A stretch of DNA of 50,870 bases, taken from Halocafeteria seosinensis. Taxonomy: Eukaryota. The DNA is taken from assembly GCA_001687465.1 (NCBI GenBank), contig LVLI01000040.1, positions 62,001-112,870 of the forward strand, in the 5' to 3' direction. The position numbers and the translations under genes were made by a program. Shown piece by piece: positions 36,532-48,054 of this stretch. Numbering within the stretch: the stretch's first letter is position 1; every line of letters starts with the position of its first letter. Under the pieces are notes generated by a model. The model was not told where the DNA came from and ran no database searches. It saw only the letters and a list, made by a program, of their open reading frames with translations.

Positions 36532-37184
36532 ATGTTTGGCGATACGGGAGGCGATGATGGAGGCTCCTCCGACACGCGGAGGACGATTATATTCAGTGTG
36601 CTGATAGGAATAGCCATAATACTGCTCCTGGCAGGCTCCATTGTCACCGGAAATTGGCTCTCTATGATCATGTGTACGTCTTTTTCACTTCTATTCACAG
36701 TTCTACATGGACTATACGTGTATTTACGTAGTGCAGTGGCCCCCATTATAGCGGTTCCGGTCTTGATCTTTGCCATGGAAGCCAAAGCTGGGAATGACAG
36801 TGGAGGCATCTCAGTGGGAAGCTCATCTCCTGCTGCGCAGTAAGTTAAATAGCCCCCATATTCGATAACAATGACGTGCTATGACAAAGAAAGAGGGTGT
36901 GATAATTTGAATGATGTGGTGTGGCAGAGCGTGGAAGAATTTCGGACAGTGCTCCTTCGGAGCCCTCCTGACTTGCTTTATAGCATTACCCATAGTGTTG
37001 CTGGTTACCGATAGAGTGAGTGAGACGACTAGTTTGAGGATTATTTGATTGACTATGATGCTTGAGACTGGCATGTCGTGATGTGATGCAGATAGGAACC
37101 ACCAACTTCGGATTCTGGGTTGGAGCAACCGTCGTCTCGGTTGTCGGTGCTGGATACTACTTCGCCTCAAAAAGCCTAACCTGA
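36532..37184 (+). CDS. Vps55/LEPROT-like small four-TM endosomal protein
   Basis: Four-exon model: IIFSVLIGIAIILLLAGSIVTGNWLSMI...AWKNFGQCSFGALLTCFIALPIVLL...IGTTNFGFWVGATVVSVVGAGYYF. The NW, W-x-x-x-G and LPIVL pattern matches Vps55. Confidence 0.62.
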
Positions 37185-37897
37185 TTCTCACTGCCAGTGA
37201 GTCACTGGCGCATACATGTAGGGACCTTTTGACTATGACGTAACACATGTGGTTTTTTTAGTCTTCTATGACAAATGATTGAGATGCACCGGATCGCGTT
37301 TAAGTAATGTTCTGTTTACTAATACCGACGCGATGTATATGTTATGAAGGATGACCTCTCATACCAGTCCTTCGTTTGCCCAAGTTACTAAGCAGCACCT
37401 GGACATTGCTCCCTATCCGCAAACCAAGCAAACAGGACTCTTCCGTCAGGCGGCGATTAGGATACAAGTAGTAAGGAGCGTTTAGAGCCGATGATATCGT
37501 TGCTGGATTTATTCGTGCTCTTCGTTAGGTAGCGCTTTCGTTTCCTTCGAGTTCATACAACTCAGGGCGAATGCCAATTATCGTCTGCGCTCCTGTCATG
37601 TACGCAACGCAATTTATATCCTCAATCAAGAACTTCTCCACTATCGCTTCTTCCCTTATTTCATTTCTTCCTTCAGTTCCGCTTTCTAACAAAGAGACTC
37701 GCTTATCGTCTTCAGAGCAGACTTCGGAGTAGCTAGAATTCCAACTCGTCACTACTCAACTAGCAAGCTTCACAAGTTGAATCACAACGAAGTTCACATT
37801 CGTATACGACTGGAATCGTGCCTACTACACGACGGAAACAGAGCAGTATTGTCACAAAGTTCTTTTGAAGTCTCTTTGAGCTTGAGAAATCCTGCCA

Positions 37898-40809
37898 ATG
37901 AGCGAGGAAAGCGAAGCGAAACAGAGGAGAAACAAGCGACAAAAGACGGAGGGTCTTGCCACCGCTAGGAATTTTGTCGATTGGATGGTGCATAATGGTG
38001 CTTCCTCTGCTGAAAACGAAGCTCACTACGTCATTCGCCACGCTCCACCTAGTGGAGAAGGTGAAGAGTACCCTGGATTCGAGATTGATGCACTTACAAT
38101 TCGCCTGGGCCCCCATGGCTTCACATGCCATGCCAACCGGGACATTGCCCCAGGGGAAGTTGCGGCCCGTATACCCCAGAAGGTGATAATTACTCCGGAA
38201 ATCGCTGCTCAATCGGCATGGGGAAAAGTGGCCACAGAGACCGTAGGAAGTAGCAAAATTACCCCCAGGTTGTGCATGTACTTGTTTCTCATTGCACAAC
38301 GCAATGCGCAACACTTCCACGACGATTCCAGGTCTGAATCTGAATCTGAATCTGAAAGACAGTATTCGATGGAGTTTGGTTGGAGCCCTTATGCCCAAGT
38401 ACTTCCAGCTAAGTTTGATGATCCCATGTGGTGGACCCCCAAGCAGACTCAATGGCTGGAAGGAACTAATGTATTGGCGGCGGCAAAACTGAAACTGAAA
38501 GCCCTGAAGAAGGCTTATAAGAGACTTTTTCCGACACTTCATGAAACTCACCCGTCCCTGTTTCCTTCCCATATCTTTACTTGGTACGTCAAGTTTTCCC
38601 CGTTCTCGCCATGAACTGAGGATAGTGAAGAATTTTAATCATGCAGGGCAAACTTCCTGTGGGCACACTCAGCATACTGTTCCAGAGCGTTTCTGAAAAG
38701 CTCTACGAACAACCCATCAGATCCTCGAAATAGCGTAGGAATGTCACAAGTTTGTGGGTCGATGTGCCCCGCTCTTGATGCTTTGGACCATCGATCGACG
38801 GCTAAAATTTCTTGGGAGCCTCATGCAGAGGGTTGCCTGTTTCGATTACATGAGCATAAGCAAGGCGGGGAGTATGTATTTAACAACTACGGTATGAAGG
38901 TAGGTATGCTGAATGATATTTGCAGTCACACCATCACTGAGGATTTTGCATTCTACACACAGCCGAACGAGGAACTGCTACTCTCGTATGGCTTTGTTGA
39001 ACCGGATAATCGGTTTGATTCCATAGCAATTAAAGTGGGTGTTCAGCCGGAAGCCCGGGACGCGTACTTTAGGATGCGGGTGAAATTGCTGGAGTGGGCA
39101 AATTTATCTACCCGATTAGTGGTGACGTTTTCGTCCACGGGTAACGGTACGGACGCCAATTGAGTCGCGTACGTACATAACATAGGTGCTTACCAGTATA
39201 CGCCGTTCGTGCAGGGCTAATTCTTCTCTTGTGCATTATGCTGATGGACAAGTCTTTGTTAGTTCAAGTATATTCACAATGCGTCTCATGTTTCAGCAAG
39301 CATAAGATGCAGCTCATTGATGATGCCGGTAGGCGCCCACAAGAATTGGTGAATGTGGTCCGGAATACTGTTGAACAGGTGTGCTGTGGTGGTCTACAAA
39401 CCGAATGCAAAGAACTCGGACTTCGTCTTATAGAGGGCCATTTGGAGAAATTGTTGCCATTAGGCAACGTAGTTACCGAAGATAAGAGGTTAGGAGCTCG
39501 ATCAAAGCGATTGCATGCAATAGCGGCACATTACCGTTCCGGCCAAGTCACTCTTCTGAAGCACGCTCTAACTCAGCTACACTCTCAAAGCTATGTGCCC
39601 CCTTGCCCTTGTGTAGCTCTCGAGGAAAATCTAGCGCACAAGTTGGCAAGCTGCATTCCCCTAAACTCAAACGGACTTCTTCGTCAAGGTTCCATTATAT
39701 CGTCAACCCGGCCAAATGAACACAGTACTTTAAAGGCTATCAATGAATTCGACCGTGTGGAAAGACTCGCTATATGTGTATTGCAGCACGTTGCTTCGCA
39801 AAATCAAGGGATCGTTTATGATATTATGACCATGAAAGCAAACCATTTTTGTTTTGACGATATCAAGGCGGAATTTATCAACGGTCCTCGAGCCATTACG
39901 GCCCCGACAAATTTTATAGTGTCGGAGGTTGTGAAAGAAATAGATGAACTCCAAGAACAGTGGAGACAGAGCTTCACAGCTTTCCAGAACCTGGTCGAAA
40001 AGGATTTCCGGCGTCAACTATTCGGAGGGTTTGATGAGTTGGAGTGTTTTCAACGAGCTTGTGAGCTAGCTTCTCTTTTGGGTGTGTCATTTGAAGAGGA
40101 AACAGATAGCGGAGAATTAGCCATAATAGAGCCTCTTGATTATGATCTAGCACTGGGAATACTTTCTCCTCGACTGCGCATTAAGAGAGAACGCAATATG
40201 AACAAACTTGTTGAAGAAGACACCATAGTGGCATCGACAGCACGCTATGAACCAGACATCCTTCCAGGTTGCTTGAGTTTTCTTTATGGGAGGTCGTCCT
40301 ATTGCCCTCTGTCGGTAAACGCTGTATTGGACTCGTTGGCGCCAATTGGTACGGGAAAACGTCAATTGGCTTCTTCGTTCTTTGAAGAATTGGTTGTCAA
40401 CGTTCAAACCCAAGATGAGGAAACACTGGTTTTGCTTGGAGCTCATTTTGACATTTCTCAAAATCACTCACAGACCAATCCACATCCCCCCTTAAGGACT
40501 AACGAGTGCTCGTTAGATTCCCGTCCAAGCGCAACAATAGACACCAGTACGGCTGAGGAGTTTGATCCGTCAATAGCACCGCCTGAAACCGAACGAGTTG
40601 ACCAAGTCGCAGAAACTGTTACAGCAGAGGAAATATTGAAGACCGGATGCACCGAGGAATCAACGAGAGTGTTTCAGCGGTTAGCAAAGTCACGACTTCG
40701 TGAAATCATATTCGGTGCGTCTCCGGATTTTTCGGGTTGCTCTTCCCCAGTTGAACAGCTAATTGTGCGAGCTTATCACCGGCTGCTGAATGTCCTGGAA
40801 GATGGCTAG
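37898..40809 (+). CDS. SET-domain protein methyltransferase, SETD3/Rubisco-LSMT-like, with a long C-terminal extension
   Basis: ANRDIAPGEVAARIP, WSPYAQVLP, FLWAHSAYCSRAF, PALDALDH, VFNNYG, NEELLLSYGF. GT-AG introns near 38584, 38900 and ~39120-39215. (TCTGAA)4 encodes SESESESE. Confidence 0.82.
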
Positions 40810-40944
40810 AATCATCGAGCCTTCGCTAGGAGACTCTTTCAAACCAAATGCAAGGTATACTTTGTATGGGCCCTGCCGTTGCACACATCAACACATGCGT
40901 CAAAATTCCCCATCGAGAAATGACCGGTGCAGCGATATTCTGTG

Positions 40945-41011
40945 ACCCTACACACGGCATACCGTAGCCTGTAGACTACACGTCTTCCGGTAGAAGCAAT
41001 ACAAATACACA
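40945..41011. repeat. Dispersed ~65-bp intergenic repeat, copy 1 (copy 2 at 44169-44235)
   Basis: cgtagcctgtagactacacgtcttccggtagaagcaatacaaatacaca versus cgtagcccgtagcggacacgtcttccggtaggagcaataccaatacaca. Confidence 0.75.
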
Positions 41012-42134
41012 TCCCGTAGCCTCGTAGCACATGGTGTGCGCGTGGTAGCAGCTGGTCATAAATCAAATGTGTCCGAGTAGGAGTGCTGGGGAGTTTCGTA
41101 CGTTTTACCAGAGGGGGGTCAATGTCTACTACCCGGCCATGACGGACGACCGATCGTCCGTCTTCCCGTACACGCTTTGAAGTTTCTCAGTTAAGGAAAA
41201 AAATGGTTGTTGTTTTGTTAGGTCTCTGGGCCTCTTAATAAGTTTAGACATACACACAGTTTAAGGGCTACACAGGTCGGGTTAATCTCAATGAGACCAA
41301 ACACTCACCCACCTCGCTGCTGCCATTGTACGACAGACACTCGTTTAAGAGTATATGCCAAACGCTCAAGGCCTTGCCAACAGGTGCATTTGGGGAACGG
41401 TTACCAAAGAAGCGTATTTAGAGTCCTGTGGAAATTCAAGGTACGTCTCTCAAAATCAACACAGATTTTCGCTGCTAAAGTCACGAATAGTGACTCGCGA
41501 TTTCTCGATTCGACACTTGTCTACGTTTCATCTCATGGTAAAGGCTGTTTGCCCTTTCGGCGTGTCGTTGCCGACATGGCGGGCACTTTGATCAAGAGTA
41601 AACCCGCTTTAATCCAGCAAATCCAAGACGACCCATTCTCGGTGAGAGAACGTAACCTCGATGGGAGATCAGCCAGTTCTTCCAAAACGATCAAGCTGGG
41701 GATGACAGAAATGGGCATGAATCACCCGAGTATATTCGCTCCATCCTGTATAATTGGAATGATCTTGATCTTCTGAATGTGTCGAAGATAGATTCATCTT
41801 TGGCGAACCCTCGGCAGCAGTCCCAGTCGGCTTCCGTCAGCATATGCATTCGCTACTGGCTATTGATGTTAAGACGATGTGAGACAAGTGCTCCATTATT
41901 CGTTAAAAAATAGACACCGGTGATGAAACGTATCTTCCCGGAAAAGCACAAAGGTGCCTGTAATCCAGGGCACGCACTGACTTGAAGTCCTGAGGACGCA
42001 GTGGGATTGGTAAGAATACTCTTTCTTCGGTGTAAAGACAATCTTGCTTCCAATACGATTTGTTGCGTCCCTCAGTAAGCTCCCTGTTTCAAGAGTCGTC
42101 AACACTGAATAGAGGCGCATACCCGACATTGACC

Positions 42135-42905
42135 ATGACCGAAGAGAGACCTGCAGAATACGGCAAAGAGGGCTGTCTCTGGCTCACGGCCGACGAATCC
42201 CACGAGCTAAAGCGAGTTATCAAGTCCTCTACACAGCTCGACAACCCACCCGCACATATCCAATACATTTTCAATCGAGTTCGAAGAGCGTCCGACATCG
42301 TACTGAATCTGAATACCGTACGTGTCATGTACTTAATGGAAGATATCCTCGATGGGGTTTCTCTTGCTTCAATGTACATGCGTAAATGCAGGAGCATCCC
42401 ACGCCACTGCATTTGGCGTGCTCCATGGAAAGACTCGAGAGCGTATCGACACTTATTGAGAAATACCACGCCGATGTGAATACGCAAGAACCAGTGGTAC
42501 GTCTCCCGTCAGAATTTTCTTGTCTCATTGCCCGCCTCTGTCACAGATGCTGTGTATGCAGAACTGGTGGACTCCACTCCACTATGCAGTCTGCAATGGC
42601 AACGCTGAATTGTTTAGGATGTTGGTCTTGAGATACGGTGCTCGGGCTGAGATAAAGAATAAGGTATGATTGATATCTGCTTTCTCGGTCCTGATGTTGT
42701 AGCGAATCAGGCGTCTTTAGCGCAGAACGGCTACCAATCTTTAGATCATGCTTCGAACGTAGCCATGCGTGAATCTATGGAGGCAGAAGTGCCTCAACAG
42801 TACGATGACCCTGAATATCAAGGAATGCAGACCCGTCTTTATCCTCAACAGTCAACTGGAACAAAAAAGACCATGGCCACGGCCTCTGATGGACCAAACC
42901 ACTGA
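42135..42905 (+). CDS. Small ankyrin-repeat protein, four exons
   Basis: Spliced reading gives TPLHLACSMERLESVSTLIEKYHADVN and NWWTPLHYAVCNGNAELFRMLVLRYGARAEIKNK|NGYQSLDHA. The 5' and 3' ends are uncertain. Confidence 0.75.
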
Positions 42906-43547
42906 TTCTATGAGTTTCTCTAAGTACAAATCCCTTAAACGGTCACATTCTCTTTCGACAAATGGAAGTGAACAAGACCCAGGTGAGGGCTCTGAGAACT
43001 CCAGAGACTCTATGCCAGATGGACAGAATGAATTATTCTCTGACCCAGATGATCTGTTTGGAGCGGACGGTTCGCCTCTAGAGTACGAGGATGCTAAGGA
43101 CCTAGCACAGCGATAGGGTCTAGAAGAAGCTGCGAAGCTTGACTTCGAAGAGAGTATGCATATCGCCTGTTCGTGTTAGAACTACATACGGTATGAAGTT
43201 TGTCTAACCTCCCTCAGCACTTGTACAGTTTTGGCCGCCTTTCTACCGCAACGACGAAGATGTGACTGATGGCCCACCGGCAGCTGGATGTTAGCCGCTA
43301 CACCGCAGGAAGGCCATTCTTATGCATGAAAGCATCATACTCTTTCCTGTTACATTACTGTCAATAAAAAATAGAATGCGGGCTACTAAGATGCATTTGC
43401 GGTGCGATTTGTGAGGGTATCCCAGAATCTGCAGGATACAATTGTAGAGCATCACTGAATAGCTTAATTGGAGAGCATCCCGGGGTACAACCGGAGAGGA
43501 TACTGCGGGAGAGCATTCCGGGATACTTTGTCCCGAACCATAAGTTA

Positions 43548-43783
43548 TTCAGTGCACGAGCCACTTCCACATGAGTCTTCCCATAATATTCTTTCTTTAT
43601 GGATACCGGTAATGCTTCTTCATTATACTCTCTGGCATTTTTGGCATCACCTAACTCAGACCATGCACCGCTCCCCGTTAAGAGGTTGCAGACTGCAACT
43701 TGCAGTCAACCCCCGGCCGGTGGGCTATCTATCACATATACATGTATGTGCGTGTGTGTTTTCAGTGCACGAGCCACTTCCAC
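43548..43783 (+). repeat. Perfect 23-bp direct repeat TTCAGTGCACGAGCCACTTCCAC at 43548-43570 and 43761-43783
   Basis: Read directly; period 213 bp. Confidence 0.85.
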
Positions 43784-44168
43784 CTAGTAACTACTTCCGC
43801 GTGATGTTGTAGCACATACCGATTATTGCACTACAAATCTAACGTGCTCCAAAAAAAACCTAGCTATACATATATAAGCGCAGATGCATAATGGGAGATC
43901 CTGAACGTCGTCTCTTCGGGTACTTTTCTAGAACGGGAGCGGAAGATATCAAGAATTTCTTCGACAAGACGTTCCGTGCTGCTACAGTCAGCGTGTTCCC
44001 CTATGCGACTCTTCTAACGGTACAATGTAATGCGCGTGTGTTTAACTATCCGTTACTGTCTGAGCTAAACTGAACTGGGGCCAAACTGTCAGTCACGTTG
44101 ATGCGCCACAAGTGGCCCACAGCGTGAAGAATCTCTGAAGATGCTGGACCGGTTCCGGGTAACGGTTC

Positions 44169-44235
44169 ACCCCTCACACAGCTTCGCGTAGCCCGTAGCG
44201 GACACGTCTTCCGGTAGGAGCAATACCAATACACA
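44169..44235. repeat. Dispersed ~65-bp intergenic repeat, copy 2
   Basis: Aligns by eye to 40945-41011 in the same orientation. Confidence 0.75.
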
Positions 44236-44664
44236 CGGGGGCATATGAGGAATCAATGCGGGAGAAGTTACGAAGATGAAACTGTTTGTGGAAAGCGCAT
44301 ATGACAGTACCGGTATGTACGAAGACCTCTGTTGTTCAGAACAAGTTCAGACCGTCTCCGGATCCTCTTTGCCATTCGACGGAAACCAAGGCACATAATT
44401 AAGGTGAATACAATTAAGGTTGCACACAATATAAGCAAATACAATCAAGAGTTGGAATGAAATCGAAATGTACTCCTAGAGTGCATACTATAGAGCCTCA
44501 ACTTATTGTGAATGAGTCTAGATTCCGGAAGCGGCCTCGTCCTCTCTCAGGGTGTATCCACAGCAAGAGTAGTTCAGAATTGCCGTTTTGTCCATATCAG
44601 AGGTGAAGGGTGACTACAAAGAACGACTATACGCTGCGATACACTAAGTACAGAACAGTGTACA

Positions 44665-47600
44665 ATGGAGAACTTTAGGCTCTCCTCAAAGCCCTCGCTA
44701 GCTGCAGCGCGGACGTTAACGAGCTGCTTGTGGGTATTACAGGGGCTTCTGGTGGCCTCCACGATCATCATTCCCATCTTTATAGCGGTGGATTCTGATA
44801 CTCTTCACATTCCACAGGACGAAAGAGGAGGCGGAGTACGAGGCTTGACGGTGCGGGACAATGAATCTGATATAGGATCTTTTTCTGAGTTCTTGAGATC
44901 CCGAGTCGATTCCACCTGGGGCAAGATCGTTGTTTCCCTCTTGGCGATTGTAGTTTTTCCTGCTCTGTGTAAGCTATTGAGTGTCTTGTACCGGAACATT
45001 AAACTTCGGCACCTCCGAAGTGAAAACCCGTTTCATGCAAAACTGATTGATCGTGTGGGGTTGTCGGTGGGAGACTACTCGGACATGGTGGACACACAAT
45101 CTCTATCTTTTGCTCTTCTTCCCCAAGCTCCGCGTGCGCAAGTCTTTTATGAATTTGTCAATAGTCTATTGCAACGTTTCATGTGGAACGGCGACCAACG
45201 ATTGGATAGGGCCATTCAAAGTGAAGCGGTTGACACGAAGGCATGTCATGGTCTTGTGAGCACACTTGCAAGAGCACTACTACAGATTGCTCCATGGGAG
45301 AACCAGGGAATAGGACGCTGGATCTTTGGTCGTCTAATACGGAGTGCATTGATGAATGACGACTTCTTCCAACGAAATGTAGTTGAAAGATGGACGAAGT
45401 GGCTCAAGAAAGAACAGAAGGCTATCTGGGTTCGTCTAGAACGGAATCCCAGTTTTCCTAATGTCGGTACAACACTTGATCCGGAGAGACTGAGAACTCA
45501 ATTTAAGATGCCTTACAAATTCAACAGTCCTGCTATCAATAAAGCTTTCGTTCGACGCACTGCGCTTCTTGAACAGATGAATGGTTGGGCTGTTGCAGGT
45601 TTCCGCCGGAGAGGACGATGCCAGTTAGTTCTGGAAGGAATAGGAGGGATCGGAAAAACTGAGCTTGCAACTTATTTCTTTCATAACCCTCCCTGTGTAT
45701 ACAACCTAAAAGTGTGGCTTTTTGCTGCTACGACACATGGACTGCAACAGCAATACGTAGACCTATATGAAGCATACCGCAGTCAATACAATCCGTCTTT
45801 GAGACGCCTTGCTGAGGGAGAGTCAGTAGAGGAGCAAGCTAATCACGTGCTCTCGTGGCTCAACGGTGCCGGTGTGGAAGGACGATTCCTGATCGTATAC
45901 GACAATGTTCCTACTCTAGACACCATAAAGAAATGGTTGCCAGATGATGAATCCAAGCATCATGTAATCATTACGAGTCGAAACCTATCGGAATGGAAAG
46001 TCAACAGCGTTGGCAACGACGATCGCGATAAGATCGTAGAGGTTAACAAAATGAGTATAGCAGAATCAAAAGAGCTCATGGAAAACTACTGGGAAACGGG
46101 ATTCTCTTCTTCAGAAGATGCGGTGGAATGTTTATCGGAACTCTTCGCGGGCCTACCGCTTGCTTTGACTCAGGCGGTGCATTACATGAAGAAAAACCAC
46201 AGGAATGCCGCGTGGTACCTGAAACAATACGAGAATGACCGACAACTATTATTGGCCGCTCGCCATGGATTTTCGTCGTCTTCTGACCACGAACCCGTCT
46301 CCGTAACGTACACGGTCACTCTTCAACAGCTACACGCAAAATGTCGTCCAGCCTTGGAGCTCCTCAATTGTATTGCTTGGATGGGACCCCAACCTCTTGA
46401 CGACATGGTCGCCCAAGAACTTATTGGGAAATTCCGCGGCAACGAGAGCGTCGAGATTGAGTACCCAGAGTCGCGTCGCGCCCTCGAACAATATGGACTG
46501 ATTCGTGTTGATCCTGTAACACTTCACATTAGTCTGCATCCAGTACAACAGTCAATTATTTGCGATCGCCAGACTGAAATTGATCAGTATCTCCCTGTTT
46601 ACTACTGGCTCACTTGCTGCGACGTTGTCACTCAGTTGTACGACTTGTTCGGGGATCAAGGCTCGTTGCAATACCGGTGTTTGCTCTCGCATGCTGAAGC
46701 ATTACACGAACAAGCCGACAAAATGTGTAGACTGTCACTGGAGGCCAAAAAACTACAGGGAGGCTCATGTTCCTGGCTATCCTGTAGAAGCGGAAGATGT
46801 TGGAACAAGACTCACGACGAAGTTGCTCGAGAGGGTCAACTCCTGAGGATCGAACCCTTGTGCCTAGGAAATATCTACCACGGAATTGGCAATTACAAAG
46901 AAGCGAAACAGTATTATGAACGTATACTCTTGGTCAAGAAGCAGATGTATGGTAACGAAGACGACCTTGAAATCGCAGGAACTATGGACAAAATGGGCAG
47001 TGCCATGCTCGATACGGGGGAATATCAGACGGCTAAACACTACTTTGAACAAACCCTGAGTATCTGTAGAAGTTACTACCAAGAAAATCACACTAAGGTG
47101 TTGCAATCAATGGAGGGTCTGGCAACGTCATTGCGGAAATTAGGGAATGCGAAGAAGGCCAAAGAGTACTACAAGAGTGTGCTGTCAGCTCGCCAAAGCG
47201 GAGGACAAGACGAGGACATTGAGGGTTCTAATTGTGGTGCTTCACGTGGCAAAAGAGAATCGGCTAGCACAATGATCGGTTTAGGTCACGCCCTGAGGGA
47301 CCTTGGCGATGCAAGCACTGCCAAAGAGTACTATGAACAAGTGTTGTCTATGCGGCGGCAGCTGTATTCTGATTCAAAGCACCCTGCCATAGCTAAAGCC
47401 GTGGTGAACTTGGGTAGTGCATTATGCAATTTAGGAGATGCAAGAGAGGCAGCGGAGTGCTACAAAGAAGCGCTAATTGTACAGAAAGAGTACTACGGAG
47501 AGAATCATGTGAAAGTAGCGCGTACGCTGGAAAATTTGGCGATTGCGCTACGCAATTTAGGAGATGCGCAAGCTGCAAAACACTACTGTGAACAAGTACT

Positions 47601-48054
47601 TTCCATCAAGAAGGATTTTTATGGGGAGATCCATGTGGAAGTAGCTCGTACCATGGTTAACGTGGGAATCACACTCGCTGAACTTGGAGATGTGCTAAGC
47701 GCTGAGGAGTTTTATGACCAAGCATTATCCATTTTGGATCAACACTACCGAGAAATGCATATTGATATAGCTAGCGCGCTACTTAGAAAAGCCAAAACGA
47801 AGTGCGTATTGAATGACTTAAAAGGGGCAAAACAATGCTTTGAGAAAGCATTTCCACGACTGAAGGCATACTATGAAGACGATTCGCTGGAGCTAGCCAA
47901 AGCATTAGCGGACGCTGCCGACGACTTACGCTCATTGGGGGAGACGGAAGTATCCAAGGAATATTACGTCCAGGCTCTACCTACATTGAAAAGCAACTGG
48001 GGGACTGATAACTCTCGAGTCAGTGTTATAGATAGCGCTTTAAGTAACTGGTGA
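44665..48054 (+). CDS. Intronless NLR-like STAND protein: N-terminal 2TM + helical region, NB-ARC, ~9 TPR repeats
   Basis: Walker A GIGGIGKTELA, Walker B FLIVYDNV, HVIITSR, GLPLAL, MHD-position SLHPVQQ, and ~42-aa TPR units (e.g. LGDAQAAKHYCEQVLSIKKDFYGEIHVEVA). Confidence 0.9.
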   Translation: MENFRLSSKPSLAAARTLTSCLWVLQGLLVASTIIIPIFIAVDSDTLHIPQDERGGGVRGLTVRDNESDIGSFSEFLRSRVDSTWGKIVVSLLAIVVFPALCKLLSVLYRNIKLRHLRSENPFHAKLIDRVGLSVGDYSDMVDTQSLSFALLPQAPRAQVFYEFVNSLLQRFMWNGDQRLDRAIQSEAVDTKACHGLVSTLARALLQIAPWENQGIGRWIFGRLIRSALMNDDFFQRNVVERWTKWLKKEQKAIWVRLERNPSFPNVGTTLDPERLRTQFKMPYKFNSPAINKAFVRRTALLEQMNGWAVAGFRRRGRCQLVLEGIGGIGKTELATYFFHNPPCVYNLKVWLFAATTHGLQQQYVDLYEAYRSQYNPSLRRLAEGESVEEQANHVLSWLNGAGVEGRFLIVYDNVPTLDTIKKWLPDDESKHHVIITSRNLSEWKVNSVGNDDRDKIVEVNKMSIAESKELMENYWETGFSSSEDAVECLSELFAGLPLALTQAVHYMKKNHRNAAWYLKQYENDRQLLLAARHGFSSSSDHEPVSVTYTVTLQQLHAKCRPALELLNCIAWMGPQPLDDMVAQELIGKFRGNESVEIEYPESRRALEQYGLIRVDPVTLHISLHPVQQSIICDRQTEIDQYLPVYYWLTCCDVVTQLYDLFGDQGSLQYRCLLSHAEALHEQADKMCRLSLEAKKLQGGSCSWLSCRSGRCWNKTHDEVAREGQLLRIEPLCLGNIYHGIGNYKEAKQYYERILLVKKQMYGNEDDLEIAGTMDKMGSAMLDTGEYQTAKHYFEQTLSICRSYYQENHTKVLQSMEGLATSLRKLGNAKKAKEYYKSVLSARQSGGQDEDIEGSNCGASRGKRESASTMIGLGHALRDLGDASTAKEYYEQVLSMRRQLYSDSKHPAIAKAVVNLGSALCNLGDAREAAECYKEALIVQKEYYGENHVKVARTLENLAIALRNLGDAQAAKHYCEQVLSIKKDFYGEIHVEVARTMVNVGITLAELGDVLSAEEFYDQALSILDQHYREMHIDIASALLRKAKTKCVLNDLKGAKQCFEKAFPRLKAYYEDDSLELAKALADAADDLRSLGETEVSKEYYVQALPTLKSNWGTDNSRVSVIDSALSNW

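Noticed and set aside
37525..38572. 270-aa and 75-aa minus-strand ORFs
   Set aside because: The 270-aa ORF is antisense to the SET exon; the 75-aa ORF has no ATG start and no recognisable family.
41291..42129. 161-aa ORF and neighbours upstream of the ankyrin gene
   Set aside because: No recognisable domain; could be decayed sequence, unsupported as a gene.
42910..43116. Acidic ORF directly after the ankyrin stop (MSFSKYKSLKRS...)
   Set aside because: May be an alternative or frameshifted tail of the ankyrin gene, but I found no splice that joins it.
43548..43783. Direct repeats as a CRISPR array
   Set aside because: Only two copies, a 190-bp spacer, eukaryotic context and no cas genes.
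43891..44073. 60-aa ORF preceded by TATATAA
   Set aside because: The TATA-like motif is too close to the ATG and the peptide has no recognisable features.
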